Program-made: the position numbers and the translations under genes | The notes under the pieces: model-generated | The model's input: the letters and a program-made list of their open reading frames with translations, nothing else | Database searches by the model: none | Told to the model about the DNA's origin: nothing | From: Arcobacteraceae bacterium | GTDB taxonomy: Bacteria > Campylobacterota > Campylobacteria > Campylobacterales > Arcobacteraceae | Assembly (NCBI GenBank): GCA_965224485.1 | Contig: CBDCZH010000015.1 | Coordinates: forward strand, 1-64,000 | Length of the DNA stretch: 64,000 nucleotides | Direction of reading: 5' to 3' | Shown here: piece after piece, positions 1 to 10,512 of the stretch | Layout of the letters: the number at the start of each line of letters is the position of its first letter | How positions within the stretch are numbered: position 1 is the stretch's first letter

Positions 1-375
1 ATCTTTTATTAAAATAAAAAAAAAAAAAATAAAAAAAGAAATACCTTAAGTCATTATTTAAAATAATATATAAATATCTAAATTTATAAATAAATAATAC
101 ATTATTTTTATATTTTATTGAAAAAAATAAATAAAATTAGCTACATTACTGCCAGAAAAAGCCATTTTTAATTAATTTAAGCAAAAATCATATGTAAAAA
201 CATCCATAAGGAGGTATATATATAAGATAATAAATATTATCCTATTTAAACTAAATGATAAGTTAATAGATTATTTAAAAATTATTAGTATTTAAATAAT
301 TAATACAAAATATAATAATTATATAAATAATTAAAATAAAGTTAGCTTTTCATTAATTAAAATTAAATATAAGAA

Positions 376-1024
376 TGTATATTTTTGCTGCAGTTCAAGG
401 CGGAACATAAAATTTATGAAGGAGCGTACATCAGTACGTTTAAAAAGGTTTGTAAGTTGCTAAGTTATTATGTTGGTAAGTTTAAAAGAAAAGCAAGTAA
501 GTTTACGAAACTGGAAATAAATCAAACCCAAAATTCAATGTAGGGGTGTATATTTTTACTGTAGTTCAAGGTGGAACATAAAATTTATGAAGGAGCGTAC
601 ATCAGTACGTTTAAAAAGGTTGTAAGTTAGTAGGTTGTTAAGTTAGTAAGTTTAAAAGAAAAAGCAAGTGAGTTTACGAAACTGGACATAAGCAAAAAAA
701 ACAAAATTCAATGTAGGGTGTATATTTTTACCGTAGTTCAAGGCGGAACATAAAATTTATGAAGGAACGTACATCAGTACGTTTAAAAAGGTTAGTAGGT
801 TTGTAAGTTGTATGTTAGTAAGTAAGTTTAAAATACAAGCAAGTGAGTTTACGAAACTGGACATAACCAAAAAAAACAAAATTCAATGTAGGGGTGTATA
901 TTTTTGCTGCAGTTCAAGGCGGAACATAAAATTTATGAAGGAGCGTACATCAGTACGTGAGTTTATAAAATTTATGAGACAACGCAGAAATACAGCAAAA
1001 AGATGCACCCCTACATTGAATTTT
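376..1024. repeat. Tandem array of a ~174-bp unit (three half-palindromes plus linkers) ending in one complete 147-bp palindromic element
   Basis: Near-identical block (aaaattcaatgtaggggtgtatattttt..cagttcaaggcggaacataaaatttatgaaggagcgtacatcagtacgt) recurs at ~376 (5'-truncated), ~530, ~703 and 878; only the last copy continues into its reverse complement. Confidence 0.9.
878..1024. repeat. Long imperfect palindrome (MITE/REP-like) abutting the mnmE stop codon
   Basis: aaaattcaatgtaggggtgtatatttttgctg pairs with cagcaaaaagatgcacccctacattgaatttt; inner cataaaatttat/ataaaatttatg arms; apical hairpin cgtac-atca-gtacg. Confidence 0.85.
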
Positions 1025-2361
1025 TATTTGCCGAGGCAGAAAGAGCCGAACATCACGTCTAACATCTGATCGTTCTCATAAGGTCTTGTAATTTGTGAAA
1101 TATTCTCCAAAGCTTCTTGTATATGATGAGAGAAAAACTCTAACTCACCTGTTCTTAAAGGTTCAAAAGAAAGATTTATACATGAAAGTGTATTAAATAC
1201 AGCATCAACTTGTCTCTTAGAAATAAGAGTCATTTCATCACTATGTGTATTTTCATCTAGAATTTTTTCAATGCTTGAAATCAAACTTGAAATATTATCT
1301 TTAGCACTTAAAGAAATGAAATCATCTAAAATACTCTTATCAAAAGAGTTTTCTAAATCATTTTTATTTAAAACTTTTATAATTTTCTTAGAATCATTTT
1401 GTTTTAGAATATTAAGTATATTTATATCTTGAGCATCATTTATACTTGCATTATCAAATAAAGCAATTATAATATCAGCTTCATTTACTGCTTCTAAAGA
1501 TTTTTTAATTCCTATTTTTTCTATTGCATCAGAGGCTTCTCTTATACCTGCTGTATCAACTATTTTAATTAAGTGAGTACCTATTTTAACACTCTCTTCA
1601 ATAGTATCCCTAGTAGTTCCTGCAATATCAGAAATAATAGCACGGTCGAAATTTAGAAGTTTATTTAATAAAGAAGATTTTCCAACATTTGGTTTACCTA
1701 TTATTGCAACTTTAAAACCATTTATTAAACCTTCTCTTCTTTTTGAAGCATCTAAGGTATTTTCTAATTTTATTTTAATATTTTTAATTTTATTTGTAAT
1801 TTGCTCAAAAATATCACTTGGCAAATCATCTTCTGCATAATCTATTGAAACTTCTGTATAAGCTAACATAAAAAGTAAGTCTTCTCTAATATCATTTACA
1901 AAAGAGCTAAGTTCCCCTTTTAACTGTTTTGCTAATAATTTAACAGCATCTTCACTTCTAGCTTCAATAATCTTTGCAATTGCTTCTGCTTTACTTAAAT
2001 CAATTTTGTTATTTAAAAAAGCTCTTTTTGAAAACTCACCAGGATTTGCAATTCTAGCACCTAAAATAATTGTTTCATTTAAAATTATATTTGAAATAGC
2101 AATACCACCATGACATTGAAACTCAACAATATCTTCACCAGTAAAAGAGAAAGGGTTTTTAAAAAAGATTAACAAAGCTTCATCTATAACTTCATCTTCA
2201 CTATTATATAAAGAACTTAATGTTGCAAGTCTTGGTTTTAAATCTTTTCGTTTAGAAAGTTTTAAGGCTATACTAAGGGCTTTTGCGCCTGAGAGTCTTA
2301 CAATAGAGATAGAACCAATTCCATTGGCTGTAGCAATAGCTACAATTGTATCATCAAACAT
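1024..2361 (-). CDS. mnmE: tRNA modification GTPase MnmE (TrmE)
   Basis: DTIVAIAT N-terminus, SFTGEDIVEFQCHGG, GKPNVGKSS, DTAG, C-terminal FCLGK. Confidence 0.98.
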   Translation of the reverse strand: MFDDTIVAIATANGIGSISIVRLSGAKALSIALKLSKRKDLKPRLATLSSLYNSEDEVIDEALLIFFKNPFSFTGEDIVEFQCHGGIAISNIILNETIILGARIANPGEFSKRAFLNNKIDLSKAEAIAKIIEARSEDAVKLLAKQLKGELSSFVNDIREDLLFMLAYTEVSIDYAEDDLPSDIFEQITNKIKNIKIKLENTLDASKRREGLINGFKVAIIGKPNVGKSSLLNKLLNFDRAIISDIAGTTRDTIEESVKIGTHLIKIVDTAGIREASDAIEKIGIKKSLEAVNEADIIIALFDNASINDAQDINILNILKQNDSKKIIKVLNKNDLENSFDKSILDDFISLSAKDNISSLISSIEKILDENTHSDEMTLISKRQVDAVFNTLSCINLSFEPLRTGELEFFSHHIQEALENISQITRPYENDQMLDVMFGSFCLGK

Positions 2362-3233
2362 TATTGTTGTTTTTGTCTATACTCATTAACAAGGACATAC
2401 TTATCTCCTCGTACATTTGTTTTAACAGCCACATATTTAGAAGGAAATTCTTCTCTTAATCTTTTTAATGCAATATGAACTAAAATACCATCTAAAGGTT
2501 TTGTTTTAAAAGAACCTTTGTCCTTAATCGTAAGAATAACTGGTTCTAAATAATTATGTATAGCTTCTTCTTGATTTTTTAGAAATTGTGCAACTTCAAG
2601 TCTTACCATTAAAGAATACTTATCATTAATCCAATTAAATAAAATATAAGATAAAGCCTTGTATCTATAACCTTCTTTTCCAATTAATAAAGCAGAATCA
2701 TTTCCATTAAATTCTATATATAAAGTATTTTCATCATAAAAATCAACTTTTATTTCATCTAATTCATAACAAGTATTTTCAAATAACATATTTACTGTTT
2801 GTTTTACTTCTTGTATAATTTCGTTATTATCTTTTTTGATAACTAAGGTAGAATCATGTGAATTTTCTTCATCTTCACTATAAAACTTATTAAAAATCTC
2901 TTCTTTTGCTTCAATATTTGGAACGTTTATCTTTTTCTCATAAGGTTTTTTATTTTCTTCTTCAAAAACTTCTTTTTTGGAAGCTTCAATTTTCTTAGAA
3001 ACATCTTCTATTTTAAGATTAGATTTTCTTAATTTATGGTTTTTGTTATTTTTATAATTAAATTTTTTTCTTTTAACTTCAACAGAAATTATTGCATTTT
3101 TTTTTCCAAAACCAAGAAATCCCTTACTTGGTTGTTGGATAATATCAATGTCTAATTCTGTTATTGAGCAAGAAAAATCGCTTGTTGCTAATTCATAAAC
3201 TTCTTCTAAACTTTTTGATTCAAACTGTTTCAT
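2361..3233 (-). CDS. jag: Jag/KhpB (EloR) RNA-binding protein
   Basis: Jag_N motif KGFLGFGKK, KH-like LLIGKEG, position between yidC and mnmE. Confidence 0.9.
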   Translation of the reverse strand: MKQFESKSLEEVYELATSDFSCSITELDIDIIQQPSKGFLGFGKKNAIISVEVKRKKFNYKNNKNHKLRKSNLKIEDVSKKIEASKKEVFEEENKKPYEKKINVPNIEAKEEIFNKFYSEDEENSHDSTLVIKKDNNEIIQEVKQTVNMLFENTCYELDEIKVDFYDENTLYIEFNGNDSALLIGKEGYRYKALSYILFNWINDKYSLMVRLEVAQFLKNQEEAIHNYLEPVILTIKDKGSFKTKPLDGILVHIALKRLREEFPSKYVAVKTNVRGDKYVLVNEYRQKQQ

Positions 3234-3242
3234 AATATATTC

Positions 3243-4856
3243 CTATTTCTGAAGTGCTCTTTTTTTCTCAAATACTTTATTGATATAAAATTGTTGTGCA
3301 ATTGTAAACACATTATTAATAAACCAGTATAACGTAAGACCTGCAGGAAACCATAAGAAAAAGAATGTAAATACAACTGGTAAAAATTGGAATATTTTCT
3401 TTTGCATTTCATCTTGCATAGTTGTTGGAGTGATTTTCTGTTGTAAAAACATTGACACACCCATTAAAATTGGTAGTACGTAGTATGGGTCCATTAATGC
3501 TAAATCATGAATCCATAAAATCCACTCAGCACCTTTTAATTCAATTGAGTTTAATAAAACTCTATAAATTGAAAAGAATACAGGAATTTGAAGAACTAAA
3601 GGTAAACATCCACCCATAGGATTAGCACCATGTTTTTTGTATAATTCCATCATATGCATAGATTGTTTTTGTTTATCATCTTTATATTTAGCTTGGATTT
3701 CTTTCATCTTAGGAGCTAAATCTTTCATCTTTTGCATAGACATCATACCCTTATATGATAAAGGGAATAAAATTAATTTAATTGAGATTGTTAATAAAAC
3801 AATAGACCAACCCCAGTTTCCAACATAAGAGTGAATAAAATTTAAGAATGAAAACATAGGTTTAGCTATAAAAGTAAACCAACCATATTCAACAACATCA
3901 ACTAAAGAAGGATTAATTGCTTTTAATACAATATGTTCTTTAGGTCCAACATATCCACCAAATGAGATATTATCATTACCATGAATAAAAGCTTGTGGAT
4001 TATTTTCCTCATCAGGCATTAAAGTAACTGCTAAAGATTTATCAAAATTGTAAACTAAAGTTGTATAATATTTATCAAAATTTGATACTATTTTTACACC
4101 TGTAAAGTTTTCATTTTTATCTAAGTCTTCATCTTCAATTATAGTTAAGGTATCATCATTTAATTTTAATAAAACACCTTTTGCAACCATTTCACCAACA
4201 TTTGCAGTTGCAACACTAGGTCTTGCTCCATTTGTTATGAAAAAAGCTTCTTTATTTGTTGATTTAACATTTAGTGAATAATGCCCAGCTGGATAAAAAG
4301 TAAATGTTTTAACTAAAGTAGTAGTACTTAACTTTTGAGTTAATACTAATGTTTGTTTACTTTTACTTGCATCTAAATCTTTTGCACTTGAAGTCATAGA
4401 AACTTTAAAAGCTTCATCATTTACATCAGCATTAGAAAATCTTACTTCCAAAGCTCTTAAATGTGAAATGTTAAAAAGTTTTATTTGTTCACCTTCTTCA
4501 TTTTTATACTTAGCTTCACTTAATGTAACTTGCGCAAGTCTACCTAAGTTATCAATTTCAATAATATTTTTAGAAGTTTTAATTCTAGCAATAATATTTT
4601 TACTTGAAACAGTTTTTGCACTCAAAGGACTTATTGCAGCACTAGAGGCAGTATTAAGTGCATTTGAACTAGCTTGATCTTGTTTTGGTGCTAAGTTAGC
4701 CTTTTTTTGCTCTAAGGCAGCTTGGGCTTCTCTTTCTTGTTGTTGAGGCTTTAATACTGTAAATTCGTAAACTATAAATAAAACGAATACTATTACAGTA
4801 AATAGTAACATTCTTTTTTGCATACCTTGATTTTCATTCATTATGTTGTTTTCCAC
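3243..4856 (-). CDS. yidC: Membrane protein insertase YidC
   Basis: YGWFTFIAKP, GNWGWSI, NPMGGCLP, FPAGLTLYW motifs. Confidence 0.98.
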   Translation of the reverse strand: MENNIMNENQGMQKRMLLFTVIVFVLFIVYEFTVLKPQQQEREAQAALEQKKANLAPKQDQASSNALNTASSAAISPLSAKTVSSKNIIARIKTSKNIIEIDNLGRLAQVTLSEAKYKNEEGEQIKLFNISHLRALEVRFSNADVNDEAFKVSMTSSAKDLDASKSKQTLVLTQKLSTTTLVKTFTFYPAGHYSLNVKSTNKEAFFITNGARPSVATANVGEMVAKGVLLKLNDDTLTIIEDEDLDKNENFTGVKIVSNFDKYYTTLVYNFDKSLAVTLMPDEENNPQAFIHGNDNISFGGYVGPKEHIVLKAINPSLVDVVEYGWFTFIAKPMFSFLNFIHSYVGNWGWSIVLLTISIKLILFPLSYKGMMSMQKMKDLAPKMKEIQAKYKDDKQKQSMHMMELYKKHGANPMGGCLPLVLQIPVFFSIYRVLLNSIELKGAEWILWIHDLALMDPYYVLPILMGVSMFLQQKITPTTMQDEMQKKIFQFLPVVFTFFFLWFPAGLTLYWFINNVFTIAQQFYINKVFEKKRALQK

Positions 4857-5167
4857 TCCCGATTTTTTACTACAAAGTATCTATTTTGTTTTGTTGGAAC
4901 AAACCAATATATTACTTTGATTCTTTTATATAAAATATTATTATGTCTTGGCAACTTTACCATTGGATAATCAAATCCACCATCAAAAAGTTGATTACAT
5001 TTTAATATGCGTGTTATTGTAAAATAAATAGCCTTAAAGAATGAATTATTATCTAGTTGCCAGAGGGCATAATTTGAACAAGTTGGGTAATACCTGCAAG
5101 ATGCAGGTGTAAATCGTGATATAAACTTTTGGTAAAATCTCACAATTAATCTAAAAACTATGTTCAT
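4841..5167 (-). CDS. yidD: Membrane protein insertion efficiency factor YidD
   Basis: CRYYPTCSNYA and RILKCN..FDGGFD motifs; synteny. Confidence 0.95.
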   Translation of the reverse strand: MNIVFRLIVRFYQKFISRFTPASCRYYPTCSNYALWQLDNNSFFKAIYFTITRILKCNQLFDGGFDYPMVKLPRHNNILYKRIKVIYWFVPTKQNRYFVVKNREWKTT

Positions 5168-5499
5168 TTATATAACTCAAGTCTTTTAAAAGCAAAATTA
5201 AAGTCTTTTACAAGTTCAGTAAATGTTCTTTCATGTATTGCTTCTTTTGCAACAAAGATATATTTTCCAGGTTCTATTTTATTTTCTAATGTCAGTAGTA
5301 TTGCACGGAGTCTTCTTCTTGCAGCATTTCTTTTCACAGCATTTCCCACTTTTTTGGAAGTTACAAATGCTAGATCTAATGTTTTAGAAGACTTAAAAAA
5401 AGCGACAAAGGATGGAGTGTGCCATCTTTTACCGCTTTTATAAATAGAGTTAAATTCTTTTGAATTATTTAGTCTATGTTTTTTATTTAAACAGCTAAT
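5164..5499 (-). CDS. rnpA: Ribonuclease P protein component (frame extends 50 codons upstream of the ORF call; probable ATT start)
   Basis: Frame reads (I)[26 protein letters not shown]...[20 protein letters not shown] (RNR motif); lies between rpmH and yidD. Confidence 0.9.
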   Translation of the reverse strand: MSCLNKKHRLNNSKEFNSIYKSGKRWHTPSFVAFFKSSKTLDLAFVTSKKVGNAVKRNAARRRLRAILLTLENKIEPGKYIFVAKEAIHERTFTELVKDFNFAFKRLELYK

Positions 5500-5621
5500 C
5501 TCTTTCTACCTTTAGCTCTTCTTGCTTTAATAACTCTTCTACCATTTTTTGTACTCATTCTTAGTCTAAAACCGTGAGTTCTTTTTCTTGGAGTATTATG
5601 CGGTTGATATGTTCTTTTCAT
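5487..5621 (-). CDS. rpmH: 50S ribosomal protein L34 (not in ORF track)
   Basis: Manual translation [44 protein letters not shown]. Confidence 0.98.
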   Translation of the reverse strand: MKRTYQPHNTPRKRTHGFRLRMSTKNGRRVIKARRAKGRKRLAV

Positions 5622-5724
5622 TATCTTATCCCTTTTGTAAATTCAGTTGGCGATTATAGTTAAGATTAGCTTAAATTTACTTTAGTTTAAAACAAAACAA
5701 GGCTAATAATTTAAAATTCTTTTT

Positions 5725-8301
5725 TTATTGTATATTTACTATTATTTTATCATTTTTATAAGTAAAATCAACTCTACTTCCTTCTTTGATTTTGTCTTCT
5801 AAAATCAAATCAGATAACTTATCTTCAATTAGTTCATATATAGCTCTTTTTAAAGGTCTAGCTCCATATACAGGATCAAAACCAGCTTTTGCAATAAACT
5901 CTTTTACCTCAGCACTTAAAGTAATGATAATTTGTTTTTCCTCTAGCTTAGCTTGTATTTGTTTAAATAAAATTTCTACAATACTTGTAATTGCTTTTAA
6001 GTCTAATTGTTTAAAAATTACAATATCATCAAGTCTATTTAAGAATTCTGGTTTAAAATATGATTTTACTTCATTTAAAACTTCTTTTCGTCTTTGCTCT
6101 TTATCTGATATTTCTATTATTTTAGAACTAGCAATATTTGAAGTTAAAATAATAATAGTATTTCTAAAATCTATTAACACACCTTTATTATCTGTTAGTC
6201 TTCCATCATCTAAAACCTGTAATAATATATTAAATACATCGCTATGGGCTTTTTCAATTTCATCAAATAAAATAACACTATAAGGTTTTCTTCTAACAGC
6301 TTCTGTTAGTTGACCTCCTTCATCATAACCAACATAACCAGGAGCTGCTCCAATTAATCTTGAAACTGCATGTTTCTCCATATACTCACTCATATCAAAT
6401 CGTAATAAAGAGTCTTCATTATCAAATAAGAACTTAGCTAAAGTTTTAGCACTTTGCGTTTTACCAACACCAGTAGGCCCTAGAAACAAAAAAGAACCAA
6501 TAGGTTTATTTACATCTGATAATCCAGCTTTATTTCTTTTAATCACTCTAGAAATTGCTCTTAGAGCTTCTTCTTGTCCTATTACATCATGCTCTAATTC
6601 TTTTTGAACTTCTAAAACTCTAAATTTTTCACTTTGTAACATCTTTGAAACCGGTATTCCTGTCCATCTTGCAACAATAGAAGAGATTGAGTCTTCATCA
6701 ACACAATTTTTTAATAAAGTTCCTTCTTTTTGCATTTTTGACCATTTTTCTTCATTTATTTTAATTTCTTGCTCTAATTTTGGTATTTTTCCATATTCAA
6801 TAGAAGCTGCTTCTTCAAATTTTGAGTCACCTTTAAACCTTTGGGCTTTTGTTTTTAACTCATCTATTTGTACTTTTAAAGACGAGATATCATTAAACGT
6901 TTTTTTCTCATTTAAAAATCTACTTTCTAGGGAAACTTTTTCCTCATTTTTATTAGCTAGTTCTTTTTCTAATTCTTTTAATCTTTTTGTATTTTGTGCT
7001 GAACTCTCCATTTTTAAAGCTTCTTTTTCAACATTTAAACTTTGAATTTCTCTTTTAATACTAGAAAGAACTAAAGGTTCTGATTCTATTTGCATTTTTA
7101 ACTCAGCTGAAGCTTCATCAATCAAGTCAATAGCTTTATCTGGTAAAAATCTATCTGTTATATATCTATGTGATAACTTAGCCGCATGAACTAAAGCAGT
7201 ATCTTTAATACTAACATTGTGAAAAGTTTCTAACTTATCTTTTATTCCTCTTAACATATAAATAGCTTCATTTACACTAGGTTCTTCAACTTTAATCGTT
7301 TGAAACCTTCTTTGCATAGCTGTATCTTTTTCAAAATACTTTCTATACTCTTTTAAGGTAGTTGCACCAATAGTATGTAACTCACCTCTTGCTAAGGCAG
7401 GTTTTAATATATTAGCAGCATCCATAGAACCCTCAGCCGCTCCAGCTCCTATAATAGTATGAATTTCATCAATAAAAAGTATTATATTTCCAGATTTTTT
7501 AACCTCACTAATTACAGATTTTAATCTATCTTCAAATTCACCTCTATATTTAGCTCCTGCTATTAAAGCGCTTAAGTCTAAAGTGATAACTCTTTTGTTT
7601 AATAGTGACGTTGGAACATCTTTATCAACTATTCTTTGAGCCAAACCCTCAACAATAGCAGTTTTTCCAGTTCCAGGCTCTCCTAGTAAAATAGGGTTAT
7701 TTTTAGTCTTTCTTATAAGAATTTGCATCATTCTATGAATTTGCTCATCTCTTCCAATTACAGGGTCTAATAAACCTTCTAAAGCTTGTTTATTTAAATC
7801 AATTCCATATTTTTTTATTGCTTCTAAATTATCATCACTAGAAGCACTATCAATGGTATTTCCAGCTCTAAGCGATTCTAGTTCTTTTTTTGCTTCAGAT
7901 AAATCTATATATTTTCCTAAAATATCTTTTAAAACTTTATTTGAAAAATTTGCTATTAACCAAGTATCAATAGCAATAAATGTATCTCCTAAACTTACCA
8001 TTAGACCTTCTGATTTCTCCAAAGAACTCATAAAATCTAAACTTATTTTAATATTTTGTTTATCTACACTTGAAACACTTGCAAGTGAGGCAGCATAAGA
8101 TTTACTTTCAAGTAAAATTGAGCTCACATCTATATTCATTTTATTTAATAACTGATTTAGTACTGAGTTTGTAGTACTTAACATTGCCCATAAAAAATGA
8201 ACAACTTGAACTTCTTGATTTTTATTATGCAAGGCTAATGCAAGAGCTGCATCTAGATTCTCACTCATTTGATTTGTTAATTTATCGAATATTTTATTCA
8301 T
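5725..8301 (-). CDS. clpB: ATP-dependent chaperone ClpB
   Basis: Two AAA+ modules ([16 protein letters not shown]), [22 protein letters not shown], coiled-coil middle domain. Confidence 0.96.
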   Translation of the reverse strand: MNKIFDKLTNQMSENLDAALALALHNKNQEVQVVHFLWAMLSTTNSVLNQLLNKMNIDVSSILLESKSYAASLASVSSVDKQNIKISLDFMSSLEKSEGLMVSLGDTFIAIDTWLIANFSNKVLKDILGKYIDLSEAKKELESLRAGNTIDSASSDDNLEAIKKYGIDLNKQALEGLLDPVIGRDEQIHRMMQILIRKTKNNPILLGEPGTGKTAIVEGLAQRIVDKDVPTSLLNKRVITLDLSALIAGAKYRGEFEDRLKSVISEVKKSGNIILFIDEIHTIIGAGAAEGSMDAANILKPALARGELHTIGATTLKEYRKYFEKDTAMQRRFQTIKVEEPSVNEAIYMLRGIKDKLETFHNVSIKDTALVHAAKLSHRYITDRFLPDKAIDLIDEASAELKMQIESEPLVLSSIKREIQSLNVEKEALKMESSAQNTKRLKELEKELANKNEEKVSLESRFLNEKKTFNDISSLKVQIDELKTKAQRFKGDSKFEEAASIEYGKIPKLEQEIKINEEKWSKMQKEGTLLKNCVDEDSISSIVARWTGIPVSKMLQSEKFRVLEVQKELEHDVIGQEEALRAISRVIKRNKAGLSDVNKPIGSFLFLGPTGVGKTQSAKTLAKFLFDNEDSLLRFDMSEYMEKHAVSRLIGAAPGYVGYDEGGQLTEAVRRKPYSVILFDEIEKAHSDVFNILLQVLDDGRLTDNKGVLIDFRNTIIILTSNIASSKIIEISDKEQRRKEVLNEVKSYFKPEFLNRLDDIVIFKQLDLKAITSIVEILFKQIQAKLEEKQIIITLSAEVKEFIAKAGFDPVYGARPLKRAIYELIEDKLSDLILEDKIKEGSRVDFTYKNDKIIVNIQ

Positions 8302-8302
8302 A

Positions 8303-8329
8303 TTAGCACTCCTTTATTTAAACTGCTAA
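8303..8329 (-). promoter_or_regulatory. CIRCE-like operator (HrcA) over the clpB ribosome-binding site
   Basis: TTAGCACTC-N9-AACTGCTAA versus consensus TTAGCACTC-N9-GAGTGCTAA. Confidence 0.7.
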
Positions 8330-8332
8330 TTC

Positions 8333-8363
8333 ATTATAGCAACTTGAGTGATAACTTGTCAAG
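8333..8363 (-). promoter_or_regulatory. clpB sigma70-type promoter with overlapping HAIR-like operator (HspR)
   Basis: Minus strand TTGACA-18-TATAAT with extended -10 TG; CTTGAGT-N7-TGTCAAG at 8343-8363 versus HAIR CTTGAGT-N7-ACTCAAG. Confidence 0.7.
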
Positions 8364-8369
8364 TGTTTT

Positions 8370-10511
8370 TTATAAAGTAGGAAACTTTATTATAAAATTA
8401 CATCCAAAATAAGACTCTTTATCTACTTCTAAAATAGAGTTTTTAACTTCAAGAGAACCTTTCATATGATCTACAATTATTTGATGAGTCATATAAAGTC
8501 CAATACCTGTACCTTGAGCCTGATGTTTAGTTGTAAAATAAGGTTCAAAAACTTTTGAAATAATATCATCTTTTATTCCACCCGCATTATCTTTTATTGA
8601 AATAACTATATTTTTGGCTTCTAAGTAAACATCTATTTGTAAATATCTTTTAGTGATATTTTTTTGTATATAAGCATCTTTTGAATTATTAAAAATATTC
8701 ATCAAGGCTTGAGTTAATTCATTTGGATAACTTTTGATTTTAAGAGAGCTATTAATATTTTTAATAAATGAAATATTATTATCTTTAAAACTAGAATCAA
8801 TTAGTAAAAATAAATGTGAAATAATATCACAAAAGTAAAATTCAATTTCTTCTTTATCTGTTTTAAAAAAATTCCTAAAATCATCAATAGTTTTAGAAAG
8901 ATGTTGGGTATTGTGCATAATTACATCTAAAGACTCATGCAATTTATCTTTTGTTAAAATATTAAATTCATCTTCAAGTTTAATACCAGAAGCAGCAGTA
9001 GAAATTGTACTTAAAGGTTGTCTCCATTGATGGGCTATATTTTCAATCATTTCACCCATAGCTGCCATTTTTGCTTGTTGTGATATTAACTTATCTTTAT
9101 TCTTAAGCTCAGTTATATCCATAACAGTTGAAACTTTAATTTCTTCATTATTAATTAATAAAAATTCACCCTTAGCTAAAGAAGTAAATATTTCATTATT
9201 CTTTTTTAATGCTTCACACTCATAAGGTTGAGTATTAATTTTAAGATTAGCTCCTACTAAAGATTTAGCTAAAGGTGCAAAAAAATCTAAAAATTTTCTT
9301 CCAATCATATCTTCTTTAGAATCATAAGCAAACATTTCAACAGCAACATTATTCACATCAATACAAATACCATCTTTATGTAAAATAATAGCTTCCATTG
9401 TAGAATCAACTAGTGCTTGAAAACTTAAAAGTGATTTTTCTAAAGAATCTTCTCTTTTATCAATTTCTATTTGCATTTTTTTAAAATTCTCAATTAATAA
9501 ATCAAACTCAATATAATCTGATTGTTTTACCTTTTGATCATAATTACCATTAGCAATATTTGAAATATTAGAATTTAAAGCATTTAATGAAGAAAATATA
9601 TTTTTAGAACTTTTTAAAGCTATTAATATAGCAAATAATAAAAACAGAGCTAAAATTATTCCTGTAATTGTTATCATAAATTTTAAAGATTTTAAAATCT
9701 CTGAATAGTTTTCTCGTACAACTATTTTCCAACCAGTTTTTACAATACTTGTATACATTGAAATCTGTTTCTTCTCTAAATGTTTAATATGTAAAAAAGA
9801 CATAGAGCTAAAACTTCCTAGATTAAACTCTGGTACTTTATAAATTAAATCATTAAAAACACTAGAAGACTTAGCATTAAATCTTTGAGAAACCATTGCT
9901 TGATTATCTGGATTTAAAATTATAATTCCTTCATTATCAAAAATTCTAATCATATATGAAGTATCTGCATTTTGAAATCTATAAGAGAAAAGAAGTAAAT
10001 CTTCTAATTTTATAAAAATTACAACAATATCAGAATTAGGTGTTCTAAAACTATATGATAAAGATGGAGTTTCATGAATACCTGATAGGAATACATCTGA
10101 CCAGTAAAACTCAACTTTATTTTTTATTGCTTTAAAATACTTTTTATTGGAATAATCAAATCCCTTATAAATATTTAAATTCTCTTTTGCATAAAATTTT
10201 TTTATAATTCCTTCTTTACTCAAAATTACAATTGAGGTGATATTATCATTCAGCGAAACTGTATTTTTTAGTAAAGAAGTATTTTTATTTAAATTATTTT
10301 TTATATAAAACGCCGTACGCTCTATTTTTAAAAGTAAAGAGTTTATTTCATATTTAACCTGCCCTAATACTTGCTTTTGATTATGAGATAAAGACTCTAT
10401 CTTAGATTGATATAAACTATAAGAATAAATACCAGTAATTAAAATAGAACTTATAAAAGTAAAAACAATTAAAAGCTGACTAATTTTATTTTTTAGTGAA
10501 TATTTTTTCAT
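8370..10511 (-). CDS. Sensor histidine kinase (Cache-HAMP-PAS-HisKA-HATPase)
   Basis: Two TM segments, IAHQWRQPLS H-box, DNAGG, YFTTK, GTGIGL. Confidence 0.92.
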   Translation of the reverse strand: MKKYSLKNKISQLLIVFTFISSILITGIYSYSLYQSKIESLSHNQKQVLGQVKYEINSLLLKIERTAFYIKNNLNKNTSLLKNTVSLNDNITSIVILSKEGIIKKFYAKENLNIYKGFDYSNKKYFKAIKNKVEFYWSDVFLSGIHETPSLSYSFRTPNSDIVVIFIKLEDLLLFSYRFQNADTSYMIRIFDNEGIIILNPDNQAMVSQRFNAKSSSVFNDLIYKVPEFNLGSFSSMSFLHIKHLEKKQISMYTSIVKTGWKIVVRENYSEILKSLKFMITITGIILALFLLFAILIALKSSKNIFSSLNALNSNISNIANGNYDQKVKQSDYIEFDLLIENFKKMQIEIDKREDSLEKSLLSFQALVDSTMEAIILHKDGICIDVNNVAVEMFAYDSKEDMIGRKFLDFFAPLAKSLVGANLKINTQPYECEALKKNNEIFTSLAKGEFLLINNEEIKVSTVMDITELKNKDKLISQQAKMAAMGEMIENIAHQWRQPLSTISTAASGIKLEDEFNILTKDKLHESLDVIMHNTQHLSKTIDDFRNFFKTDKEEIEFYFCDIISHLFLLIDSSFKDNNISFIKNINSSLKIKSYPNELTQALMNIFNNSKDAYIQKNITKRYLQIDVYLEAKNIVISIKDNAGGIKDDIISKVFEPYFTTKHQAQGTGIGLYMTHQIIVDHMKGSLEVKNSILEVDKESYFGCNFIIKFPTL

Positions 10512-10512
10512 A

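Noticed and set aside
1..360. Replication origin next to the mnmE-rpmH cluster
   Set aside because: No dnaA/dnaN and no DnaA-box cluster seen; the extreme AT, low-complexity sequence looks like a poor contig end
376..1024. CRISPR array
   Set aside because: Unit is ~174 bp, the linkers are homologous to each other rather than unique spacers, and no cas genes are present
812..1069. 85-aa ORF
   Set aside because: Translation of the palindromic repeat, overlapping the end of mnmE; no protein motif
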